Assembly (NCBI GenBank): GCA_043767805.1 | Contig: JAYUGC010000119.1 | Span: 1 to 27,898 of the forward strand | Reading direction: 5' to 3' | Source: Pseudomonadota bacterium | Lineage (GTDB): Bacteria > Bdellovibrionota > FAC87 > UBA2466 | DNA length: 27,898 nucleotides | Shown: piece by piece, positions 17,510 to 26,018 of the stretch | Layout of the letters: the number at the start of each line of letters is the position of its first letter | Position numbering within the stretch: position 1 is the first letter of the stretch | Made by a program: the position numbers and the translations under genes | The notes under the pieces: model-generated | Database searches by the model: none | Told to the model about the DNA's origin: nothing | The model's input: only the letters and a program-made list of their open reading frames with translations

Positions 17510-17536
17510 CCAGTTTCACGAGAAAAGAAACTTCCC

Positions 17537-17812
17537 TTAGTTAGGGGAAGATTCGGACTCGGTCTTCTCTTTCACTTCGACCGAGCCGTCGGTGCCCGTT
17601 TTCTTAACGGTGGAGGATTCCTCCTTCGCCTTCGCGTCTCCGACCTTCTTCGACTTCTTCTTTTTGCGGGTCTCTTTCACAGTGCCGGTGATCGGATTCG
17701 TCGACTTGTCGCTGGAGACCTTCACTTGAGTCTCGTCCGCCGTCGCCACTCCCGCCGAGACCATAAGGCCGGCGACTCCGCACATCATCCACTTGGTTAG
17801 CTTGCTGTTCAT
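17537..17812 (-). CDS. Small secreted highly hydrophilic (K/E/S/T-rich) protein
   Basis: GAGGAG SD, signal peptide ending GVATA, mature region nearly free of large hydrophobic residues. Confidence 0.7.
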   Translation of the reverse strand: MNSKLTKWMMCGVAGLMVSAGVATADETQVKVSSDKSTNPITGTVKETRKKKKSKKVGDAKAKEESSTVKKTGTDGSVEVKEKTESESSPN

Positions 17813-17860
17813 TGGTTCTCCTCTTTGTCTTGCTCTCACTTACAACACCGTCGATAAAAC

Positions 17861-18238
17861 TCACTCCGCTTCAAAATGAGCCGCGTCGGGATCCAAGGCG
17901 TCCAGAGAGCGGGTCACTTTGCCTAGCTCTTTTCTGGCGAAACGAACGCCTTCATCCGCGTTCACGTCCCCTTCGGTGGAAACCGCCTCGAGCTCTCCCC
18001 GCACTTCCTTGAGAGACACGTCGAGGTCGCCCAATAGGCGGCAGCGATCCGAAACGTTACGCTCGCACAAGTCCATTTTCAAGCGATCGAGCCGTCCTTG
18101 CTGGCGCTCGGTTTCCGTCTCTAATCGATGGCGAGGAGTTTGTTGGGGCGGCAAAGGTAAAGACGCTTTTGCCACCGCCAAAGGACCAAGTGCTAATACC
18201 AAGGCCGCTACCCATTCCAGCGATCGTTTACAGTGCAT
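17861..18238 (-). CDS. Hypothetical secreted coiled-coil protein
   Basis: GAGAGGT SD, signal-like WVAALVLALGPLAVAKA, helical body; 4 bp downstream of the preceding gene. Confidence 0.6.
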   Translation of the reverse strand: MHCKRSLEWVAALVLALGPLAVAKASLPLPPQQTPRHRLETETERQQGRLDRLKMDLCERNVSDRCRLLGDLDVSLKEVRGELEAVSTEGDVNADEGVRFARKELGKVTRSLDALDPDAAHFEAE

Positions 18239-18242
18239 ACGA

Positions 18243-18536
18243 TTACCTCTCTCGGTATCCTCGTAAAAGAAATCCAGTGACACATCCCGCTCCGAATCCG
18301 ACGAGGGCGGTCCGATTGCGGTTAATAAAACTAAGAACCCCGTTTCCAAGCCGACCCAGCCACTGGTCCGGATTCGATACGGTCCCTGCCACAGATTGGT
18401 GAGTGGTCGCCACGCGCTTCCCATCCAAAATGTCATCCCCGGTATGGTAATCCACCCCTTGGATGGCGCTTTGCACACGCTCCGCTCCCAGATTCAAACG
18501 ATCTTCCTTCGTGGGAAGGCTCGCCATTTGCGTCAC
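18243..18536 (-). CDS. Small tail-anchored protein, ElaB/YqjD(DUF883)-like architecture
   Basis: Hydrophilic N-terminus, C-terminal FINRNRTALVGFGAGCVTGFLLR transmembrane segment plus basic tail; SD GGAGAG/GGAG upstream. Confidence 0.55.
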   Translation of the reverse strand: MTQMASLPTKEDRLNLGAERVQSAIQGVDYHTGDDILDGKRVATTHQSVAGTVSNPDQWLGRLGNGVLSFINRNRTALVGFGAGCVTGFLLRGYRER

Positions 18537-18570
18537 TCCACTCTCCCGGTTTGGTTCTGCTTACTGAAAC

Positions 18571-18586
18571 TGCAAGCGCTGTACCA
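18571..18586 (-). promoter_or_regulatory. Candidate sigma54 promoter (TGGTACA-GCGC-TTGCA)
   Basis: TGG-N10-GC, 34 bp upstream of start 18536. Confidence 0.65.
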
Positions 18587-18605
18587 TCCCAGGCGAGCCC
18601 GGCCT

Positions 18606-19409
18606 TTATTCGGCGGTGGTGGGCTTGGACGCCGAGCCCCGGACGAGGGAGAGCAAACGCCGAGCATAGAAGTCCGCCTCGCGGATACGGCGCGGCGTTT
18701 CATTGTAAGCCTGAGGGTGCTCGCGCGCGAATTTCCTCGCGCTCTCGAGAGTTTGGCTCGTGGCGAGAAAGGCTTCCGGGAACCGGCGATCCGCTCCGGC
18801 GACCTTGGCCTTCTCCAAGTTCTTGCGAGCGACTTCGAAAGACGGAATCGGCGAGAAAAAGCCCTCGCACTCGAGGTACGCCCGTAAGAGAACTTTCCTC
18901 TCCCGCGTCGCCCGGGGAATTTGATCGTCCTCCACGAGCTCCGCGATTTCCCTGAAGCTCGCCTCCGCGCGCTCGAAGGCCCGGCGAGCCGGCGTATTTT
19001 TTCGTGAGTCCGTTTCGAATCGCTTCTGCAGGCCGGCCCTAACCTCAAGGGGCTCGGCAAGAACCTTACGGGCGATCTCGGCCGTCTCGAGGGCGGCTTT
19101 CAGCTCATTCTCGGCAGCGCGGGCTCTCAGCGCTCGCGTGTCGCCCGCGATCGAATCGGAGTCTTTCGCAGCGGTAAAATGCACGAGTGCCCGGTTGAAG
19201 CGCTTGGGCGATAAGACGGGGACCTCCAAGACTCTCGCCCGATCTAAGGCGCGCTCTAAGGGCACGAGAGAAGGCGCAACCACCGCCGCCGGCCCGGAAA
19301 ATTCCGATTCCAGAACGGGACCTTCGGAGCTACACGCGCTCGCCAGCGCCATCACCGTGATGACCACGGACTGCCTAAGCCAACTGTCAAAATGCCCCTG
19401 TTGTTTCAT
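18606..19409 (-). CDS. Putative helical lipoprotein
   Basis: Lipobox-like LASAC; Ala/Arg/Glu-rich helical repeats. Start set at ATG 19409 because the TTG at 19430 lies inside the promoter motif. Confidence 0.7.
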   Translation of the reverse strand: MKQQGHFDSWLRQSVVITVMALASACSSEGPVLESEFSGPAAVVAPSLVPLERALDRARVLEVPVLSPKRFNRALVHFTAAKDSDSIAGDTRALRARAAENELKAALETAEIARKVLAEPLEVRAGLQKRFETDSRKNTPARRAFERAEASFREIAELVEDDQIPRATRERKVLLRAYLECEGFFSPIPSFEVARKNLEKAKVAGADRRFPEAFLATSQTLESARKFAREHPQAYNETPRRIREADFYARRLLSLVRGSASKPTTAE

Positions 19410-19425
19410 TTCGAGAAAGACGTAG

Positions 19426-19441
19426 TGCAACGAGAGTGCCA
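19426..19441 (-). promoter_or_regulatory. Candidate sigma54 promoter (TGGCACT-CTCG-TTGCA)
   Basis: Near-perfect TGGCAC-N5-TTGCA consensus directly upstream of the lipoprotein gene. Confidence 0.75.
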
Positions 19442-19495
19442 GACAACCCGCGTCTAACCCGGTGGGGCCGGCTTATGGCTGAGAGCCGTCCCCGC

Positions 19496-19504
19496 TGTTA
19501 TAAT
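19496..19504 (+). promoter_or_regulatory. Extended -10 sigma70 promoter (TGTTATAAT)
   Basis: Perfect TGn-TATAAT 45 bp upstream of ATG 19549. Confidence 0.6.
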
Positions 19505-19548
19505 GGGAAGGCTTTATCCCTCATCTTTTTTCACTGGACTCCACTCGC

Positions 19549-20463
19549 ATGAAAACAGCCATCCTCGGTGTCGCCACGGGATACGACCGCAGAGCGCTCA
19601 CCCCGTTCGTCGCCTCTCTTCTCAAATCGGGTTACGCGGGCGACACCTGGCTTTTCATTTCCGAAGGCGACCGGGCCCTGGCGGAGTGGCTGCAAAAAAA
19701 CGGGATCCACACCATCGAGGTCAGCTCGGTCCAGCCCTATGCGGCCGAGTTCACGCCCGCGGCTCATTCGGTTCCCGCCGAGCACCCCGGAACTTCTCCC
19801 CACGTGCGCCGGTATTTCATGTACCAGCTCTTCCTAAATACCGTGGGTCGCGACTACGACTTATTCTTGCTCACCGACACCCGTGACGTGGCATTCCAAA
19901 AAGACCCCTTCGACTTTCCTCGCGCAGATGCGGAGATCTGGTTCGTGCAGGAAGACAAAAGCAAGGTCATCGGCACCTGCCACGGAAACTCCCTGTGGAT
20001 GAAGAACGCGTTTGGAGACAAAGGGCTCGAAGAGCTCAAGAACAAGTCCATCTCCTGTTCAGGAACGACCTTCGGCACGCGCAAAGGGATCGAAGCTTAT
20101 CTCGATAAGCTTTTGAAACTCGCCCTTTCCCGCAAAGTCATCGAGATTGGCGGCGATCAGGCGATTCACAATTACATCGTCTACAAAGACCCGCTCGCGA
20201 AACAGCACGTGTTCGAGAACGAGGACGGGCCCGTCTTGACGCTGCACTGGAAATCCGACGCCACGTTTCGGATCGAGCCCGACGGCACCATGAAAAACGA
20301 TCACGGCGGCGTTCCGACGATCCTCCACCAGTACGATCGGCATCCCGCTTTGGTGCATCTAGTGGAGCGAAAGTACTGCGGGCCGGTTTTCTATGCGAGC
20401 CAGCGCATCCGCCGGGCTTACAAAAACCGCCTATACCTTTTGAAGTCTCGTCTCAGCGCCTGA
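19549..20463 (+). CDS. Putative GT-A fold glycosyltransferase of uncharacterised family
   Basis: LLTDTRDVAFQKDPF (DxD-like), SCSGTTFG, DQAIHNY, LHQYDR motifs. Confidence 0.6.
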   Translation: MKTAILGVATGYDRRALTPFVASLLKSGYAGDTWLFISEGDRALAEWLQKNGIHTIEVSSVQPYAAEFTPAAHSVPAEHPGTSPHVRRYFMYQLFLNTVGRDYDLFLLTDTRDVAFQKDPFDFPRADAEIWFVQEDKSKVIGTCHGNSLWMKNAFGDKGLEELKNKSISCSGTTFGTRKGIEAYLDKLLKLALSRKVIEIGGDQAIHNYIVYKDPLAKQHVFENEDGPVLTLHWKSDATFRIEPDGTMKNDHGGVPTILHQYDRHPALVHLVERKYCGPVFYASQRIRRAYKNRLYLLKSRLSA

Positions 20464-20467
20464 TGTT

Positions 20468-21466
20468 TTAGAGCGCGGCTTGGAAGGCAAGCCACACGAG
20501 ATGGCCGTGCGTATTGTTGAGAAGCGTGTACGTCCCGCCCCCATCCGTCATGTTGTTCAGATGCGCGTACGCGAGCGTCGCGCGGGCGTTGTTGCCTCGC
20601 ACGAGGTAGTTCGCGCCGATGGAAATGGCCGTTCCCGCAAACGTGGCATTGGAAACCCCGTCCACGCGGATTGCCGGCTGAATTTGCTCAGTCGCCAAGT
20701 AGCTCACATCGGCCATGTAGCCGGTGGAGCTGACGCCCGCGTCCTTCCCGGCAACGACTTCGCCACGGACCGTGACGTCACGAACCGGAATGTACTTCAC
20801 GTTGCCGCCGAACCGGCCTTTGGTGTTGAAGCTGAAATCGCCGAAGGTCGCGAAGACACCGGCGAGGAGCTCTTTGGTCGGAGCGACTTCCACGCGAAGG
20901 TGAAGATCCTTATTGTCGTTGGTGTCCTCGACGTTGGTGGTACCGCCGTCGGAGAGCATCGCTTGGGTCTTGATGATGCCCATCGTGTAATTCACGAGTA
21001 AGCCGATCTCGCGGCGATCGCCGAAGGTGCGGCCGGAGAGAGATCGCTCGGGAAGCGGAAGGTCCGCCGAGGAAGACGTGCCCTCAAACGTCGTCGGGCT
21101 TTTAAACTGCCCGAGGACGAACTCGAGGCCCGGAGCGACGGTGAAGCCCACTCCGAAATCCTGCAAAATCTTATTGTCGTTGGTGGCGGTGACCGGGCCC
21201 GTGCGCAGCGACTTTGCGGCGTCGAGCTTCAAGAACCAGCGGGTGCTTTCCGCGACCGACCCCTGAAGGCCCAGTTCCGCGCGACGAAGGCGGAAATTTT
21301 CGTGAGGCGAGTTCGTCTCGTTGATGGCCCAAGCCTGCAGAAGCGCGCCGAGAGTGACGTTACCCACGCCTACCTTTACCGCTTCCAGGGTTTGCCCTTC
21401 GGCCGCGCGGGCAGCGTGGGGAATCGAGAGCGCGAGAGCGAGCAATGAAATAGCAAAGCGAGCCAT
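20468..21466 (-). CDS. Outer-membrane porin (OprO/OprP-like family)
   Basis: Signal peptide, FRLRRAEL, LGQFKSP..E..SS..L...ERS, REIG motifs, amphipathic beta strands; GGAGG SD. Confidence 0.75.
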   Translation of the reverse strand: MARFAISLLALALSIPHAARAAEGQTLEAVKVGVGNVTLGALLQAWAINETNSPHENFRLRRAELGLQGSVAESTRWFLKLDAAKSLRTGPVTATNDNKILQDFGVGFTVAPGLEFVLGQFKSPTTFEGTSSSADLPLPERSLSGRTFGDRREIGLLVNYTMGIIKTQAMLSDGGTTNVEDTNDNKDLHLRVEVAPTKELLAGVFATFGDFSFNTKGRFGGNVKYIPVRDVTVRGEVVAGKDAGVSSTGYMADVSYLATEQIQPAIRVDGVSNATFAGTAISIGANYLVRGNNARATLAYAHLNNMTDGGGTYTLLNNTHGHLVWLAFQAAL

Positions 21467-21639
21467 GGATCTTCCTCCGTGTCAGTTCGCCCGGGGTTAT
21501 AGGCAAGTCGCTGGCCCGGGGAAACAGAAAACGGGCACTTTACGATAAATTTACGTTCTAGGAAGGACGCCTCAAGGCGCAAAAGCGGCATCGATTTAAC
21601 GAGAAAACGCCTCAAAACAGCCCGGCTAAAAAGTACCTT

Positions 21640-23331
21640 TTAGAGGACGGTGCCTTCTTCGCCGAGCATGGCGCGGCGGAGAAGCTTGATGGGCGGGAAG
21701 CCCTGGCTCAAAAACGCATCGTGAAAACCCTGCAACGTGTACGCGGAGCCTTTCAGCTTCTTGTAGTCCTCGCGAAGCTTGAGAATCTGGAGCTTACCAA
21801 GGGTGTAATAGAGGTACGTCGGATCGCCCGTACCACGCTTGGTCTCACGCTCGCCGTTCGCGCGCGAGGTGAAGCCTTCCTTCACGAAGAAAGTGATGGC
21901 GTCGTCGTAACTCAAGCGGCCCCGATGCATCTCGATACCGACGATGAAACGGGCATTTCTCAGAAGCGCGTCCTGTAACTGGCCCAACCGCAGCTTCAAA
22001 TCTCCGTTGCCGTACCCTTCGTCGAGCATCATCTGCTCCGTATAGTGCGCCCAACCTTCCACATTGGTATTGGCGCCGAGAAGCTTTCTGGCTTTCGTGG
22101 GCGCCTTGGGAACCCAAAGGAACTGCACGTAGTGACCGGGGTAAGCCTCGTGAATGCTCGTCGATTTAATGACGGGATAATTGAACCCGGCCATGTGCTC
22201 TTCGACTCGCGTTTTTGACCAGCCTTTTTCAGCGAGGGTCACGTTGTAATAGGCCTCGGTAGCCGTCTTTTCAAAAGGCCCCGGAGTGTCCATGGACGCG
22301 AAAACCACCGCGCGCTGAAACGGAGGGGTCTCCTGAATCAAAGGTTCCACCGGCGAGGGAATCGTGACGATTTGTTCGTCCTGGATGAATTGTTTCAATC
22401 CGCCCATGACGTCGCGAACGCTCTGAAGGAGCTTTTCGGGCTTGGGATGGTCCTTTTCCAAATCGGAAAGGACTTGCTGGTAGGTTTTGTTGGGATCGAT
22501 TTTAGCCGCGACTGCCTTGAAGCGGTTTTGATTCTCGTGAAGGTTCGCGTAACCAATCTCCAAAAGCTTGTCTAACGGCAGATCCACCATCTCTTCGAAG
22601 TTGAGCTTGGCAGCGTAGGTCTCCGCGCCCAGCTTGAAATCCCCGTTCGACGTGGGAAGGATTTCCGTCTTCAAGAACGTTTCATAACTTTTCAGCTCCT
22701 TGATGACCGTGGCGTTCGAGGCTTTGAAGGCCGCCTTTAGCTTCTTATCCTTAATTTTTGGAAACGCGGAGGGAACGTCCTTCTCGAAGAAGGAAATGGT
22801 GCCCGGAAGCTGTTCGAGAGCGATCTCCGTATAAATCTTCGGTGGATTTTTCAAATTTTTTCGGGCGGTCGCGAGCCAAGTAGGCACCTGCGATTCGCGG
22901 GCGACAATAGCCTGAAGCCGCTCTTCGTCCGGAGCATATTTGCGCACCATCAACCCGTAGATGGCTTCCGAAACACCACTGCTGTACTCGTCCGGATTCT
23001 TTTCCCAACGGCGGACGGTCTCGACATCGAGGATGTCTGCCTGCAGACGGCCCATAATGAGCTCACGGTCGAAAGCGTCGTCAGCGCTCAGCTGTTTGAG
23101 GTCGAGAGCCTGAAACGTTTTCAGCTCCGCTTTCGCGCTGGTCAGCCGCGCTTCGATGGCAGCCCGCGACCAGTCGGCGAGCTTCGTGTCATAAGAATGA
23201 ATGCCTTGAGAGGTGGCGAACGTCGGATTCCCAGCGAAGAGCCCTTCGAAATACCGATCCGCCATTTCCGTAAAGGAAGCGGCGAAACAAACCTGTGAAA
23301 AGAGCCCGAGACCCAGAATCCAAGCGCGCAT
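21640..23331 (-). CDS. DUF885 family protein (putative secreted metallopeptidase)
   Basis: Signal peptide MRAWILGLGLFSQVCFA; HEAYPGHYVQ, EGWAHYTE, YTLGKLQILKLR, FHDAFL motifs. Confidence 0.85.
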   Translation of the reverse strand: MRAWILGLGLFSQVCFAASFTEMADRYFEGLFAGNPTFATSQGIHSYDTKLADWSRAAIEARLTSAKAELKTFQALDLKQLSADDAFDRELIMGRLQADILDVETVRRWEKNPDEYSSGVSEAIYGLMVRKYAPDEERLQAIVARESQVPTWLATARKNLKNPPKIYTEIALEQLPGTISFFEKDVPSAFPKIKDKKLKAAFKASNATVIKELKSYETFLKTEILPTSNGDFKLGAETYAAKLNFEEMVDLPLDKLLEIGYANLHENQNRFKAVAAKIDPNKTYQQVLSDLEKDHPKPEKLLQSVRDVMGGLKQFIQDEQIVTIPSPVEPLIQETPPFQRAVVFASMDTPGPFEKTATEAYYNVTLAEKGWSKTRVEEHMAGFNYPVIKSTSIHEAYPGHYVQFLWVPKAPTKARKLLGANTNVEGWAHYTEQMMLDEGYGNGDLKLRLGQLQDALLRNARFIVGIEMHRGRLSYDDAITFFVKEGFTSRANGERETKRGTGDPTYLYYTLGKLQILKLREDYKKLKGSAYTLQGFHDAFLSQGFPPIKLLRRAMLGEEGTVL

Positions 23332-23519
23332 GACTAACCCCCAATAAGAGCCCAAAGGCATAACCCAGTTTTTGAGCCTCGGCAAAGCGCTCGTCTAAAA
23401 GTGTCCACACACTTTTTAGACGGTCGGAGGTTGAGCGAAGTTGGGGAATGGTTAAGGGAATACGGGGCGGCATACTGGGAGTTTCATAGCAGAAAAAGTT
23501 CGCCTCCTGAGCCTAGGGG

Positions 23520-23535
23520 GGGAACGCTCCTTGCA
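23520..23535 (+). promoter_or_regulatory. Candidate sigma54 promoter (GGGAACG-CTCC-TTGCA)
   Basis: GG-N10-GC with TTGCA immediately upstream of the isoamylase ORF. Confidence 0.5.
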
Positions 23536-23537
23536 GC

Positions 23538-25919
23538 TTGAAACCCGAACTATTTTGGGGAGCTGAGCTGGGGAAAATCGCGAAAATCTGGTTACGGCTT
23601 TTGGCGTTGTACTCTCTGAGTGCGCACGTCCTTTTCGCAGGCTGCGACGACGCCTATCTGCGCCTTGGCAATTATCTCGACGCGGGTAGTGCAGAGCTGA
23701 GCTTCTCGCTTTTTTCCGCTAACGCCGAGCGGGTCGAGGTTTCTCTCTTCACCCAAGCGCTGGGCGGAGCTCCCGTCGGTAAAATCCTGCTCGCGAAAGA
23801 TCCGCGGGCGCCCGGCCGGTGGCGAGTTTCCCTAAGCCGCGCGGAACGCAAGACCTTGGGCCTTGCAGACGGGCAAACGCTCTACTACGGCTATCGCTTG
23901 TGGGGACCCAACTGGAGATACGATCCCGCGTGGCAGCCCGGCACGGACATCGGATTCCAAAGCGACGTGGACGAGAACGGCAATCGCTTCAATCCCAATA
24001 AGCTCGTCTACGACCCACGGGCGCTCGAGCTGTCCCACGATCCGGTTAACCCGCATTTTAGCGACGAGGGCGTTTACGGCACGGGGCCCATCAACCGAGT
24101 AAGAGACAGCGGCTTCGTCGCCCCCAAAGGCGTCGTCTTGAATCCGCCGGCCGAGACCCGGTCTCCCATTCAGCGCGCGCTCAAAAAAGAAATTATCTAC
24201 GAAGCGCACGTGCGCGGGCTGACCATGGCCGATCCGGACGTGCCCGAAGCCGAGCGAGGAACGTTTCGAGGAGCCGCGCGAAAGGCGAAATACTTGAAAG
24301 AGCTCGGCATCACGACCGTGGAGTTCCTGCCCGTACACGCATTTCAGAACGAGCTCAATAGCGCCGAGGGCACGCGGGGCAATAATTATTGGGGTTACAT
24401 GACCAATAGTTTTTTCGCTCTCAACCGGCGTTTTGCGACGAAAGCCGCCCAGGCCACGCCGGGCGGGACGATGGAAGAGTTCCGGGAAATGATCGACGCG
24501 TACCACCGCGAGGGCATCAAGGTCATCATGGACGTCGTCTACAACCACACGGGAGAAGCCGGAGCGAGCGGGTACGATGGAGAGGTTACCAGTATCCTTT
24601 CGATGCGCGGTATTGATAGCTCGACCTATTATCAAGTCGCGGATAATCCGCACAAGTTCAAGGACAACACCGGTTGCGGCGCGAACTTGAACTGCGCGAA
24701 TCCACACACCCGTCAGCTCGTTTTGGACTCGTTGAAGCTCTACCGAAGCCTCGGCGTCGACGGCTTCCGCTTCGACCTCGCTTCGGTCCTAGGCAACGTG
24801 CACGAGCGCGGAGACGTTTTCTTTTTCGATCATAGGCCCGCGGAAAACGTGCTGAACCAAGCGCTACTGGCTCTCCCCGGGCGGCCTTATGACGGCGGAG
24901 ACGGCATGGATCTCATCGCGGAGCCCTGGGCCATCGGCGACAACAGCTTTCAGGTCGGAGGATTCCCCTACGGCTGGGCCGAGTGGAACGGGCACGGTTT
25001 CCGGGACCCCATGCGCATTTCTCAAAACAAGATGGGCGTCGAGCGTGTGACCCCGGGAGAGATCGCCCACGCCATCGCGGGATCGAGAAACATTTTCGGC
25101 CGTTCGGGACGGCTTCCCGGACACTCCATCAATTTCATGGTGGCTCATGATGGGTTTCCAAACGCGGATCTCTACCGCTACAACGAAAAGCAAAATAATC
25201 AGAGAGGTCACTTCGGCCCGTCGAACGGCGGAGAGGATCGAAATCTGTCTTGGAACCAAGCTCTCCCAGGCGGCACGCCGGCTCAAACCCTCGCCCGTCA
25301 AAAGGAGGCCGCGGCCAAGGGGCTCGCGAGCTCGCTACTCTCCTTCGGCATTCCGATGTTCACGGCGGGCGACGAGATGCTGCGCACTCAGCGCGGCAAC
25401 AACAATATGTACAACGTGGACTCTCCTGGAAGCTGGCTCGATTGGAGTCTGGCGAAAAAGGAGGCGGGATTTCTCGAGTACACGAAGCGCCTAATCGCGT
25501 TTCGCCACGCCCATCCCATTTTTTCCGAGGGAAGAGAACTGACCGGTGCCATTCAGCCGTCCGGTCTAAAAGACGTGAGCTGGCACCAGGCCGATGGTGC
25601 TTCCGCCGAAACGCAAACCTACATGGACGATCCCGCGCAAACCTTTCTCGCGTACCGCGTGGATACCTCGGGGACCTCAGATACCTGCCGGTCAATTTAT
25701 ATCGCCAACAACTACGGCGGCAGCGGCCGCGAGATCCGTCTGCCTCCTCCCGCCGCGGGGAAAAAATGGTATTGGGCCGGTGACACGTCGTCCCACTACG
25801 ACTCCGTTTTTCGCCTGACGAAGGTGGGCGAAGAGACCGTTCTCCATCCCGCCGAACCCACGGGACTCGGCGCCTACCTCATTGGGCCGCGAGCCCTCGC
25901 CCTCTTCGTCGAGAAGTGA
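23538..25919 (+). CDS. Isoamylase / glycogen debranching enzyme (GH13), probably exported
   Basis: NYWGYMT, DVVYNHT, GFRFDLA, IAEPW, VAHDGF catalytic regions; YGYRLWGPNW...GNRFNPNKL resembles Pseudomonas/Flavobacterium extracellular isoamylases; hydrophobic N-terminus. Start uncertain. Confidence 0.9.
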   Translation: MKPELFWGAELGKIAKIWLRLLALYSLSAHVLFAGCDDAYLRLGNYLDAGSAELSFSLFSANAERVEVSLFTQALGGAPVGKILLAKDPRAPGRWRVSLSRAERKTLGLADGQTLYYGYRLWGPNWRYDPAWQPGTDIGFQSDVDENGNRFNPNKLVYDPRALELSHDPVNPHFSDEGVYGTGPINRVRDSGFVAPKGVVLNPPAETRSPIQRALKKEIIYEAHVRGLTMADPDVPEAERGTFRGAARKAKYLKELGITTVEFLPVHAFQNELNSAEGTRGNNYWGYMTNSFFALNRRFATKAAQATPGGTMEEFREMIDAYHREGIKVIMDVVYNHTGEAGASGYDGEVTSILSMRGIDSSTYYQVADNPHKFKDNTGCGANLNCANPHTRQLVLDSLKLYRSLGVDGFRFDLASVLGNVHERGDVFFFDHRPAENVLNQALLALPGRPYDGGDGMDLIAEPWAIGDNSFQVGGFPYGWAEWNGHGFRDPMRISQNKMGVERVTPGEIAHAIAGSRNIFGRSGRLPGHSINFMVAHDGFPNADLYRYNEKQNNQRGHFGPSNGGEDRNLSWNQALPGGTPAQTLARQKEAAAKGLASSLLSFGIPMFTAGDEMLRTQRGNNNMYNVDSPGSWLDWSLAKKEAGFLEYTKRLIAFRHAHPIFSEGRELTGAIQPSGLKDVSWHQADGASAETQTYMDDPAQTFLAYRVDTSGTSDTCRSIYIANNYGGSGREIRLPPPAAGKKWYWAGDTSSHYDSVFRLTKVGEETVLHPAEPTGLGAYLIGPRALALFVEK

Positions 25920-26018
25920 CTGAATCCGTGGACCCTTTTCCGAGGGCACGCGACTAACACATCGGGCTGCAAAACAATTTAAAGAGGACGACCGAGAATC
26001 CGATAAGTCAGTGAACCC

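Noticed and set aside
21502..21517. GGGCCAG-CGAC-TTGCC upstream of the porin as a sigma54 promoter
   Set aside because: Spacing is right but the -24 box is poor, and an adjacent TATAAC suggests sigma70 equally well.
23832..24707. 291-aa minus-strand ORF (likewise 26028-26843 and 10332-11321)
   Set aside because: Antisense to well-supported genes; expected at this GC content.
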